A stretch of 64,000 nucleotides of DNA from an uncultured delta proteobacterium (lineage in GTDB: Bacteria > Myxococcota_A > Polyangia > Polyangiales > Polyangiaceae). A model generated the notes under the pieces. It saw nothing but the letters and a program-made list of their open reading frames with translations, did not search any database and was not told the origin of the DNA. This document shows, piece by piece, positions 52,985-61,903 of this stretch. Every line of letters begins with the position of its first letter. Positions within the stretch are counted from its first letter, which is position 1. The translations under genes were made by a program, and so were the position numbers. The DNA lies in NCBI GenBank assembly GCA_963716725.1, contig CAVQUB010000012.1, positions 1-64,000 on the forward strand. Direction: 5' to 3'.

Positions 52985-53695
52985 AGCGCCAAAACCCAGA
53001 CCTTGGATTCCGACACGGCGTGACGAAGGCGAATCGTTCGCCGACGCCCTACGAGGAAGCGATGCGCGTACGTGGAGCGAACGGTGAACCACTGCTCGGA
53101 CTCATGCAACGCCTTCAGCGTGGCGTACCGGTCGCCTCCGCGGTCGAGCTGAAACCACGCCCGACCACCAACCGCAGTCAGGCACAGCGCGGCTCCTCGG
53201 ATGGCGCTCAGCCAGTACCTGGTTTCCTTCTCGTCTACCGTTCGGTGCTGGCAGTCCTTTCGTTTCTTACGCGCTTCGCGCCTCCACCACTTCTGGCCGA
53301 GAAGCCCAGTCGGGGCTCCGTCGGCGGCCAGCGCGTAGGCGTTGAGCACCTTGAGCCCTCGCGCGCCGAGGTTGGTCGCACCGATCGCTCCGAAATCCTT
53401 GTTCCGCTGCCAGTCGGTGAGAGTCAGCGCCGTCCCGTCGATCGCGACGAAACAGAACTCCGCGCCGCGACAAGCCAAGGCCGTTGCCTGCGTGACCGCG
53501 TCCTGAACTGCCTCGGGCGAGACGCTTCCGTTGCTCAGGAAATCGTATGCTCCCTGCCGAGTCGCGCTGGTTCGGCATACCTCGAGTACCTTTCCTCCGG
53601 GCCGCTGCGCGACCTCTGTGGCAATCCGAACGAGTCTCCGCGTTCGTCGCGAGTCACCGAGGTTCGCGTGCCCGAAGACATCTTCCGCCCAGTCC
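52985..53695 (-). pseudogene. IS4/Tn5-like transposase fragment
   Basis: Hand translation: WAEDVFGHANLGDSRRTRRL...GAYDFLSN...AIDGT...KETRYW...DRGGD. Confidence 0.85.
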
Positions 53696-53699
53696 CGTG

Positions 53700-53840
53700 C
53701 GTCAGAAGGGCTCGCACAAGCCGCGCGCGCGCGAGGAATGGCCCAATTACACGTGGGCTTTCCACGACGGCGAGGACATCGGCCCGCGCATGCTCGCCAG
53801 GATTGCGAAGCGCACCGGGCTCACGCCCGAGGATCTGTGA
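53700..53840 (+). pseudogene. HicA-like toxin 3' fragment
   Basis: QKGSH...WAFHDGEDIGPRMLARIAKRTGL. Confidence 0.75.
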
Positions 53841-53871
53841 CGCACCCGTCCGTAGCCAAAACGAATGGGGT

Positions 53872-54063
53872 TTACCGCACCCGCACCCAAGTCCCCGGTC
53901 CCCGATCGTCGCCGCTGCGCACGCCATGCCAGGTCTCGGGCACCTGGGGCTCGGTCCACGAGAACAGCCACTTGGCATCCCGGATCGAGAGGTTCACGCA
54001 GCCGCCGCTCTTGGGCTCGCCAAAGCGATCGTGCCAGTAGGCCGCATGCAACGCGAAGGGCAT
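53872..54063 (-). pseudogene. L,D-transpeptidase catalytic C-terminal fragment (63 aa, own ATG)
   Basis: ALHAAYWHDRFGEPKSGGCVNLS..DA YkuD motif. Confidence 0.8.
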
Positions 54064-54401
54064 GTGTCTTCCTGCCCCAACTCGCCGGTGCTCCTCGCAC
54101 CCCTTCGAGTATCGCGAAGCGCGTCGCTTCGCGCTCGTGCGCGCCTGCGGTCTTCCCCTAAGCTCGGGCTTCGCCCGAGCGGGGAAGACGGGTCGCTCCG
54201 AGCCAGGTGTGTCGTCGCTGAGCTTACGCGCGGCTCGTGGTGCTCGGCCGGCGCAGTGGTCGGGCTGCGCCGGGAGAGAGCGCGCGCCCCTGGGTGGCGA
54301 TCGCCACCTGACTTCGCCACTTCGCCGCCTGCGGGCGAACGAGTTCTCAGGGAAATTGCGGCTCTGCTGCGTGGCACGGGACTCGCTCATGCATCCGTGG
54401 C

Positions 54402-56111
54402 GTGGGCCATCCCGCACACGCGCTCGCACCGTCCGAGCGATCGCGTTCCCGCCATCGACCGGAGAGCACCGTGCTCTACCAGACGGTGGCGGAGCACTGG
54501 CCGGCGTTCTTGGAGCGGGCCGAAGAGCACGGCGGCTTGCCGCGCTTCACCCCGTCGGGTGTCACGCAGCGCGTCGTGGTGAAGGAGTTCGAGGAGTATT
54601 TAGGGTGTGGACAGCTCGAGCGAGGTTGTCTGCACCTCGTGTGTCGTGACTGCGGTTACTCCGACCTCGTGGCGTTTTCGTGCAAAAAGCGCGGCTTTTG
54701 CCCATCTTGTGTCGGGCGACGCATGGCGGACATGGCCGTGCATTTGGAGGAGCGAGTTCTGCCCCGTGTGCGGATCCGCCATTGGATTTGCTCCTTGCCC
54801 TGGGGGCTGCGTGCGCTGCTCGGCTACGACCCTTGGAAGTCCCAGAAGTGGGACGACCGGAAGCTCTGCGCAGAAGTGGTCAGCGCGTTCATGGCGGAGG
54901 TGGACCGCTCGCTGCGCAGGCGCGCGAAGCGCGAGCTCGGAATCGCAAGCGTCACGAGAGCATACACCGGCGGCGTGGTCGCGGTGCAGAGGACGGACGG
55001 TGCTTTGAGACTGAACGTCCACGGCCACGCTCTCGTGCTCGACCGCGTGTACGTGCATCAGGACGACGACCCGAGCGCTCCGCTCGAGTTCCGCGAGCTC
55101 GACACGCCATCGCACGCCGACATCGCGGAGGTCGCGTCACGCACGGCGACACGCATCGAGAAGATCCTGCGCGCGCACGGACGGAGCCTCGACCCCGAGC
55201 TCGGGGACGACACGCCGCCCGAGCTCGCCCTCGACGAGCCCGGCCTCGCAGCTTGCTACTCCGCCGCGGCGCAGGGCATCCCCCGTCGGGGACTTCCAGG
55301 GGTCGTCTCCGTGACCGGCGAACGAGCAGGAAAACCACCGCTCCGTCTCATCGCGTCGCCCGAATCGCCCGCGCGCCCGCGCGCCGCCGACGCCACCGAC
55401 GAGCCCATCGCCGAGGTGCGCGGCATCAACATTCACGCCGCCCAAGCCATCGACGGCCGCGATCGCCGTCGCGTGGAGCGAATCTGTAAGTACGACCCTT
55501 GGAAGTCCCCGACGGGGGACATCACGCGCCCACCTGTCGCGCAGGACCGCCTCGAGCGCCGCGCGGATGGCAAACTCGAGCTCAGCTTCAAGCGTGCTTG
55601 GCGTGACGACCCTTGGAAGTCCCCGACGGGGGGCGGCACACGCGCGCTGGTCTTCGAGCCCGCCGACCTCATCCCGCGCCTCGTCGCCGCGGTGCCGCCG
55701 CCTCGCTGGCATCTCCTCAGGTACTTCGGCGTGCTCTCCCTCTTCAGGGACTTCCAAGGGTCGTCGAGCCACTCCTCGCGCCGGCGTCTCGTCGTGCCCA
55801 CACCGCCGGCGGACGCGACCGCGAACAAGCCGCCGCCAGCCCGCGGCGATCAGCTCGAGCTACTTGGCGAGAAGGACGACGCGCCGGTGCCGCGCAAACG
55901 ATGGGCATGGATGCTGGCCCACGTGTTCCAAGCTGACATGGACCATTGTCCCCGCTGCTCCGGTCCGATGCGCTGGGCCGAGGTCGCCACGACGCGTGCT
56001 GCCATCACCCGCCTGCTCGCCGAGCACGGTCTCGGGGCGAGAGCGCCGCCGCGTCAACACGTGAACCTTCGGGTGCCCGAGCAGCTCGTGTTGGGGTTCG
56101 GGGAAGGGTGA
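54402..56111 (+). CDS. IS91-family (HUH) transposase with Zn-binding domain, carrying six in-frame 27-nt insertions
   Basis: C..C...SCKKRGFCPSC; NVHGH (HUH); KY..TRPP; PPRWHLLRYFGV; C-terminal CPRC. Confidence 0.9.
   Translation: MGHPAHALAPSERSRSRHRPESTVLYQTVAEHWPAFLERAEEHGGLPRFTPSGVTQRVVVKEFEEYLGCGQLERGCLHLVCRDCGYSDLVAFSCKKRGFCPSCVGRRMADMAVHLEERVLPRVRIRHWICSLPWGLRALLGYDPWKSQKWDDRKLCAEVVSAFMAEVDRSLRRRAKRELGIASVTRAYTGGVVAVQRTDGALRLNVHGHALVLDRVYVHQDDDPSAPLEFRELDTPSHADIAEVASRTATRIEKILRAHGRSLDPELGDDTPPELALDEPGLAACYSAAAQGIPRRGLPGVVSVTGERAGKPPLRLIASPESPARPRAADATDEPIAEVRGINIHAAQAIDGRDRRRVERICKYDPWKSPTGDITRPPVAQDRLERRADGKLELSFKRAWRDDPWKSPTGGGTRALVFEPADLIPRLVAAVPPPRWHLLRYFGVLSLFRDFQGSSSHSSRRRLVVPTPPADATANKPPPARGDQLELLGEKDDAPVPRKRWAWMLAHVFQADMDHCPRCSGPMRWAEVATTRAAITRLLAEHGLGARAPPRQHVNLRVPEQLVLGFGEG
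54549..55762. repeat. Six dispersed 27-nt hairpin elements: 54549-54575(-), 54828-54854(+), 55278-55304(-), 55494-55520(+), 55608-55634(+), 55736-55762(-)
   Basis: Consensus GACCCTTGGAA GTCCCN GAMG NGGGAC; the first copy is divergent. Confidence 0.9.
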
Positions 56112-56469
56112 GGCTTCGTCGCGGGACTCGCCAAGGCGGTGCTCCGTGCGCGGTGGCGCGTTCTGCCTCGCTGTGACGCTCAGCAGCGGCAACCAACTGT
56201 TCAGCCAGCCACCCCGACCTGCCTCTCGACCTCCGACCGCCACGCGCGTACCCTGAGCATCGGTGGGTTTTGGCAGTTCGTTCCTCCTACGCGCGCCTCC
56301 CGCCTCGGCGACGGACCCGCCCGACGCATCCCAGCAGGGGGTTTCGAAACCGCCACCGCGCCGCGAGCCGAAGAGTCCTGCATCGGCTTCCGCGGCGAGC
56401 TCCCTGGGCATTCACGCCGACGGCCTGCTCGACCGCAAATGAGAGGTGCTAGCGTCTGGGGCAGCTCCG

Positions 56470-57573
56470 ATGAGCCGATCGCCCCTAGCCCAGCGACCAC
56501 TGACGCTGGCCCTCGCGGCCGCCGTGATGCTCCTGCCGCGTTTGGCGCGTGCCGAGCCGAGTGACGCAGACCGTCGCCAAGCCCAGGCGCTGTTCGAGCA
56601 AGGGCGGGTGTTGCTCGCGGAGCAGCGCTACGCCGAAGCCTGCCCCGCTTTCGCCGAGAGCCAGCGACTCGACCCCGGAGGCGGGACGCTCTTGAACCTG
56701 GCCGTCTGCCACGAGAAGCAGGGCCGACTGGCCACGGCCTACGCCGAGTACCAAGACGCGCTCAGCGCGGCTCGGGCCGACAGGCGCCAGGATCGTGCGC
56801 GGATCGCCACGCTGCGCCTCGAGGCGCTCGAGGGCAAGATCGCCCGCGTGCGCTTCGAGGTCGCCTCGGCGGCGGACGGCGCTTCCATCACGATCGAGCT
56901 CGACGGAACGAAAGTCCCCGAGCTTGCCTGGTCGACGCCCACACCAATCGACCCCGGTGTGCATCGCATCGTCGTGAGCGCGCCAGGCCACCGGAGCTGG
57001 CAGTCCCAGCTCGACGTCGCGACGGATGGCGGCGAGAGGGTCGTTTCGGTGCCCCGCCTCGAGGCGGTCGAAAGCCGAGGGGAGGCCCCAAAGCCGGTTG
57101 CTCCGCGTGCGCCGGCGCCGGCGGCGTGTCCGGCGGGCGGGCGAAGCGTCGGAGGTCGCTGCGTAGAGGCGCCCAGTGTCGATCGGGGCACAGAGGAGCG
57201 TCGTTTCGCTACAGCGTCCTGGGTGCTCGGCGGCGTGGGTGTGACTGCGCTCGGGGTCTCAGCGGTGACCGGCGCGATGGCGCTTTCGGCGAGCTCCGCC
57301 TCGGAAGATGCCAAGCGCCGTGCGGGCTGCGTGTCCGAGCGCCAGTTCTGTCGCGACTCGTCCGCTCTCGCTGAGTACCGCGATGACGCCGAGCGGGCGC
57401 GCTCGCTCGCCTGGATCAGTACCGGCGCGCTGGTCGCTGGCAGCGGCGCGGTCGTCGCCGCATGGCTTTGGCCGCGGGAGCACGTTTCGCGTCCGGTCGC
57501 CTCGATAGCCCTCACCCCGAGCCCGGGCCCCGGCTCGCTTTTTGTGTCCCTCCAAGGTCCCTGGTCAAACTGA
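56470..57573 (+). CDS. Secreted TPR / PEGA-like protein
   Basis: AQALFEQGR...ACPAFAES...TLLNLA.C.E; PIDPG.H; C-terminal hydrophobic segments. Confidence 0.8.
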   Translation: MSRSPLAQRPLTLALAAAVMLLPRLARAEPSDADRRQAQALFEQGRVLLAEQRYAEACPAFAESQRLDPGGGTLLNLAVCHEKQGRLATAYAEYQDALSAARADRRQDRARIATLRLEALEGKIARVRFEVASAADGASITIELDGTKVPELAWSTPTPIDPGVHRIVVSAPGHRSWQSQLDVATDGGERVVSVPRLEAVESRGEAPKPVAPRAPAPAACPAGGRSVGGRCVEAPSVDRGTEERRFATASWVLGGVGVTALGVSAVTGAMALSASSASEDAKRRAGCVSERQFCRDSSALAEYRDDAERARSLAWISTGALVAGSGAVVAAWLWPREHVSRPVASIALTPSPGPGSLFVSLQGPWSN

Positions 57574-58019
57574 AGAGCTGTCCAAGAATTGACCCCCCCG
57601 CATCCGCACCCGAAGAGCCCGACCGTGAGCACCCTCGACCCAAGCCGAGTTTCGGGTGCGGGTGCGGGTGCGCCGCAAGGCGGCCAGTTCACACCCGGGC
57701 CAGTTGTCGGGACGAGTGCCCTGGTTCGCCGATTCCTGCTTGACCGATCGGAGTGGTGGGTCGAGGCGGAAGGCAAACCGGCGCGGGCGCGGTGCTCACG
57801 CGGCTTGAGCGCGCTGGTTTGGCGCGAAAACTGGGGCCTTCTCTCCCGAGCTGGAGTCGCTGTCAGGATGGAGGCTGCGACGGCGACGATTGCCCCTTTG
57901 GGCCCGCGCCCGCTCTTGAGGCGAAGGAACTGCGCGTGTAGGTACGTGTTCTTTGAGCGAGCCGCGGACCAAGCGGCCTGGACGAGCGTGGTCTTGAGCC
58001 AGGGAGCGCCCCTGCGCTG

Positions 58020-58436
58020 CTAAAGAGCCGGAAAGCATCGCATCTCAGTCATGATGCTCAGCCAGGTTCCGCACGAACAAACCTGGTCGTTGTTTGGGTC
58101 GAAACCGCAACTGGGCGGAGCGTACGTCACCTCTCGGCATTGCTCTCCGGCTTCGCATTCCGCGCTGGTGGAACATTTGGCTCGATAGCAGCCGAACTCG
58201 TCGAAGACGGACGCGGGATCTCCACAGTTGAAGTTCTCCTTTTCGCACATGTCTTGTACGCATGCGATGGGAAGGTTCGGAAGGCAGTCGGGACGGCCAG
58301 TCGCGCCGTCCCCGGACTGGCCCGCGCCGCCCCCACTGCCCGCAAGGGCCGAGCCTCCGCTGTCGGACTTGTCGCTAAAACACGCGACCAGACCTCCTGC
58401 CCCGAGCATCAGTACAACCGCAAAAAGGTGCTTCAT
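58020..58436 (-). CDS. Cys-rich lipoprotein
   Basis: GLVAC lipobox. Confidence 0.7.
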   Translation of the reverse strand: MKHLFAVVLMLGAGGLVACFSDKSDSGGSALAGSGGGAGQSGDGATGRPDCLPNLPIACVQDMCEKENFNCGDPASVFDEFGCYRAKCSTSAECEAGEQCREVTYAPPSCGFDPNNDQVCSCGTWLSIMTEMRCFPAL

Positions 58437-58446
58437 TTTCCTTCTC

Positions 58447-59556
58447 CTATCGTGACACAAGAGCGTGAATGCGCGCGACAAAGCTCACCACGCGGATCCG
58501 ATGGCGCCATGGTCGCAACAACCACCGCCCACCGCGTCGGCGTACGAAGCCAGCCCCAACTGCAGCTATGATCCATGGTTGCCACCAACCAGCTGCGGCA
58601 CCAACGGCCGACGCCGAGCATTGGGGTTGCGGTTTCGGGGACACCGTGCACGCGACCGACCAGTCGCCCGATGGATCGCTGCCCTCCTTTGACCCTCCCG
58701 CAAGCGCGAGTGCAGCCCGAATCGCGTCGGCTGATTCGGCCCTCTCAATTCCGTGCCCGGATCCGGTCGCCTCGACCGAGCACGTAGCCAGCGGCACCAA
58801 GTCCTCCGCACCAACAGAAAGCACGCCAACGAGATCCCCGGTCGCGTCCAACACAGGCCCGCCGCTTGCCCCAATCGCGACGTCCGCGGCCAAGCTCACG
58901 CCCGACGACGTGGTCGTCGTGACGGTCGCCTCGGGGTCGCACCGAATCGGAGCTCCGAAGCTAGCGCCGCACGCGATGAGCCGTTCTCCGGGCTTTGGCG
59001 ACAGTTCCGCGAGTCCGGCGAATGCGGCCAACGGTCGATCGATCTCGATTAGCGCGAGATCGGCGGCGGAACAGTCGTGGTAACGACGGAACAACACCCT
59101 CTGGCACCTGAAGACGCTGTCGGCCGGAACGTCCGACTGCCACGAATCCCAGAGGAAACCCCGAACAAGCAGCAGCCGGTCGCACTGTTCTTGGTCCGCA
59201 ACACAGTGGGCAGCCGTCGCGACGACGTTCGCGGCGACGGCCACACCGGTGCACACTGCAGCCGCTGGAAGCTGACCACCTGGCTCGGACGAGCACAGGT
59301 CGAAAACCTCGGCAGCCATCGGCGCGGAAATCGTGAAGGAGCCGGACCGGCTCTGGGTCGTGAAACTCACCGGGACCACAGCAAGGGTGCTGTTCACCAG
59401 AACCGCCTGCGCTGCCTGGCTTTCCAACGCGGAAGGCGCGACTCGTGAGTCGTGGCCGTACACGACGGGCGAGTCGACGCGGCCGTACGGCAGGTCGCCG
59501 GCCTCCGCAGAGCAAGCGTTTGTCGCCACAGCGATCAGCGGCACGAATCCTCTCAC
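58447..59556 (-). CDS. Trypsin-like serine protease with MYXO-CTERM-like tail
   Basis: TAAHCV, DLALI, GASGGP; CSAS + TM + RRR; GTGA overlap with the upstream gene. Confidence 0.85.
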   Translation of the reverse strand: MRGFVPLIAVATNACSAEAGDLPYGRVDSPVVYGHDSRVAPSALESQAAQAVLVNSTLAVVPVSFTTQSRSGSFTISAPMAAEVFDLCSSEPGGQLPAAAVCTGVAVAANVVATAAHCVADQEQCDRLLLVRGFLWDSWQSDVPADSVFRCQRVLFRRYHDCSAADLALIEIDRPLAAFAGLAELSPKPGERLIACGASFGAPIRCDPEATVTTTTSSGVSLAADVAIGASGGPVLDATGDLVGVLSVGAEDLVPLATCSVEATGSGHGIERAESADAIRAALALAGGSKEGSDPSGDWSVACTVSPKPQPQCSASAVGAAAGWWQPWIIAAVGAGFVRRRGGRWLLRPWRHRIRVVSFVARIHALVSR

Positions 59557-60788
59557 GGGTAGGTCGCCCGAAGATTGCTCATCAGGTTGAAGATGTAGCT
59601 GTCCAACCGCTTCTCCAGGTTTGGGTTCGCTCTGATGGTGGCGCTTGGCTCTTGGGCGACCGTGCACGTCGTGCAACGTTGAACCGAGGCCACTGCGAAG
59701 ATGTGGAAGCTTCCGAGCCCGGTCGTGTACATGCCCGACCCTGAATGCCCGGGGCCGTTGTCGCACCCGTGCGAGAATGTGGAGTTGAACCCGTTTCCGA
59801 ACGGGAACATGAACTGACCGAAGCTGCATCCGGAGGTCTGGCCGTACAGCCGCTCGGCCTGGCAGTTAGCCGGCGAGTTCACTTGGCCACAGCCGGGATA
59901 TCCAACCTCACGCTTGGTCCAATTCTGGATGTCGGCTTGGCCAAGCCACGCGTAACCAAGCCAGCCGGGGTGCCCCTGGGGGAAGTTGTCTTGCAGCAGC
60001 AGGAGCGCCCAGTCCTCGGGGACGCAGTCCGACCAATACCCTGGAGCGCCGCCGGTGCACTTGGAGATGTAGTTGCCACCCCACCACGCGGCGACCACAG
60101 CCTGTTGACCGAATGGGAGCGACGCGCCGTTCACGGCCGGCTGAAAGGTCCCCGCAGCGTAGTTGCCGCCCGGGTCTATCACGCAGTGCGCTGCGGTGAT
60201 GATCAGGCGTCTCCCGAAGAAGGTCGCCGTGCAACCGCCGTTGGCCAACAACCTCCCGACCGTTCGGTATTCCCAGTTCTGGAAGCCAGACAGATTCACT
60301 CGGTTGTCGATGCCGTTCCCCGACGAGACTGCGCTGGACCATCCCTTCTCTTGCAGCGGAACCTGATCGGGTTGCACTGGTTCAGCGATGCCTCTGGGCA
60401 CGAGCTCCGCGGCGAGATCCGCCAGCTTCTTGCTGTCGTAACGGAGAGTCTGCACCTCTGGCTTCGACGCTTCGAGATAGGCCACGAGCTGATGGTCCTC
60501 GGGGGGTGAGCTGGCTTCCATCTTCGAAGGGTCCGAGGCCCACGCCGCGCTCGCCATGATCCCCGTTTGCGTCGGCTTGATGGAGATCGCCGCGGTACCA
60601 ACGACCGTCGGCGCAACCGGGGCAACACCCCCCACGAGTGCTTGCTGGTGCTCGTAGCTGGTCCGCGACCGCTCGGCGACGGAGGGGCTCGGCTCTCCGC
60701 CGCAGCCCGCTGGGCCCGTCATCAGCGCGAGACTGGTCGCCGACATTCCGAGGGCTGAGCCGACCAGAAATCGAAGTCTGTTTGTCAT
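59553..60788 (-). CDS. Trypsin-like (V8/glutamyl endopeptidase-type) serine protease lipoprotein
   Basis: TAAHCV, DWALL, GHSGS; PAGC lipobox. Confidence 0.88.
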   Translation of the reverse strand: MTNRLRFLVGSALGMSATSLALMTGPAGCGGEPSPSVAERSRTSYEHQQALVGGVAPVAPTVVGTAAISIKPTQTGIMASAAWASDPSKMEASSPPEDHQLVAYLEASKPEVQTLRYDSKKLADLAAELVPRGIAEPVQPDQVPLQEKGWSSAVSSGNGIDNRVNLSGFQNWEYRTVGRLLANGGCTATFFGRRLIITAAHCVIDPGGNYAAGTFQPAVNGASLPFGQQAVVAAWWGGNYISKCTGGAPGYWSDCVPEDWALLLLQDNFPQGHPGWLGYAWLGQADIQNWTKREVGYPGCGQVNSPANCQAERLYGQTSGCSFGQFMFPFGNGFNSTFSHGCDNGPGHSGSGMYTTGLGSFHIFAVASVQRCTTCTVAQEPSATIRANPNLEKRLDSYIFNLMSNLRATYP

Positions 60789-61037
60789 TGCTTGTTCCCC
60801 GTCCCGGCCAAATTGGATGGACTGATTGCTCACTCTGCCCTCCTTGCCGGGCGAACGCGCGTAATTCCCGCGTAATTTTCTCCTCCCGCGTGGCGCACGC
60901 CGGCCCCTCACTCTACCCTTGAGTTCGTGAGGAGGGTTTCGGGCGAGCATGCGGTCCAAGTCTCGGCTGCGCCGCGCCTCGCCGCGCTCGACGCGATGCC
61001 CCGTTCGCATGATGTCGCCGTTGCGGTCCGAGCGGCG

Positions 61038-61709
61038 ATGTCGGGCAGCATGTTTATTGTCGAAGACTCAACGGACGCGATGCTGCCGCAGGCACAGATC
61101 GTGGTCATCGCGGACCGGTGCGGCGAGTGGGCTTGCGAGCGCATCGCGCACTTCCAGCGCCTCGACTTCGTGGGGCCGGTGGTCGTCGTCGTGGACGAGT
61201 TCCGCGAGCAGATCGCAGTGCTCGGGTACGGCTGCGGTGCTCTCGCGTGGGAGGCGCTACCTCTGCGCGCAACCGCCTTTGTCGCCCAGCTCGATGCGCT
61301 GGCGAGCCGGCTCATCGGTTGCCCAGACCCGCCCGACGTGGCCGTGCGACTCGTCCCCTCCACTTTCTCGGCGGTCATCGACGAGGAAGTGGTGAAATTC
61401 AAGCCAAGGGCGTTCGCCGTCTTTGCCTACCTGCTGGGCCGGCGGGAGATTTGGACCACTCCGCGGAGAGTCATGCAGGATGTCTTCGAGACCAACCACT
61501 CGTCCGACTCTTCGGTTGTCCGCATGCAAATCAGGAACATTCGTGCTGCGCTTGGTCCAAAGCTCGCCTGGATCCTCGCCGGAGCAGAAGGCCGCGGCTA
61601 CCAAGTCACTCTGAGTTGGGACTCGACGGCGGGGCGCCGACTGTCACCCCATCCGCGGTACCGGGGTCCAAGCGGGGGCGCATCGCCAAGGACGTCACGC
61701 GTGCGCTGA
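61038..61709 (+). CDS. OmpR-type winged-helix regulator with degenerate N-terminal domain
   Basis: FAVFAYLL...VVRMQIRNIRAAL...GRGY; start uncertain. Confidence 0.65.
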   Translation: MSGSMFIVEDSTDAMLPQAQIVVIADRCGEWACERIAHFQRLDFVGPVVVVVDEFREQIAVLGYGCGALAWEALPLRATAFVAQLDALASRLIGCPDPPDVAVRLVPSTFSAVIDEEVVKFKPRAFAVFAYLLGRREIWTTPRRVMQDVFETNHSSDSSVVRMQIRNIRAALGPKLAWILAGAEGRGYQVTLSWDSTAGRRLSPHPRYRGPSGGASPRTSRVR

Positions 61710-61792
61710 TCGCGCGTGAGCTGGTGAAGCTCCTGTACTGCGCCGACGTGGACGCGTAGCCGTGGAGCGGTTCGTCTCGCGATATTGGCGTA

Positions 61793-61822
61793 GGAGCGCC
61801 GCCGCGTGAGCGGCGGCGCTCC
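61793..61822. other. Perfect 13-bp-stem hairpin upstream of the second transposon
   Basis: ggagcgccgccgc-gtga-gcggcggcgctcc. Confidence 0.7.
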
Positions 61823-61903
61823 GCATCGAGTCCGGGTCGGGACAGAGTCCGCGCCGGCGGCGATCTCATTGAAAGCCCGGAGGAGGTCGGGCACGTCGAA
61901 TGT

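Noticed and set aside
52738..54582. 614-aa ORF as a single gene
   Set aside because: Only the first ~80 aa are IS91-like; the rest is antisense or off-frame read-through of IS4, HicA and transpeptidase remnants
54549..55762. 27-nt hairpin repeats as a CRISPR array
   Set aside because: Mixed orientations, irregular 87-423 nt gaps made of continuous transposase coding sequence, and no cas genes in the window
56320..56360. IS91 oriIS end (gggggtttcgaaaccgcc)
   Set aside because: Position is plausible but similarity to remembered oriIS ends is too weak to call
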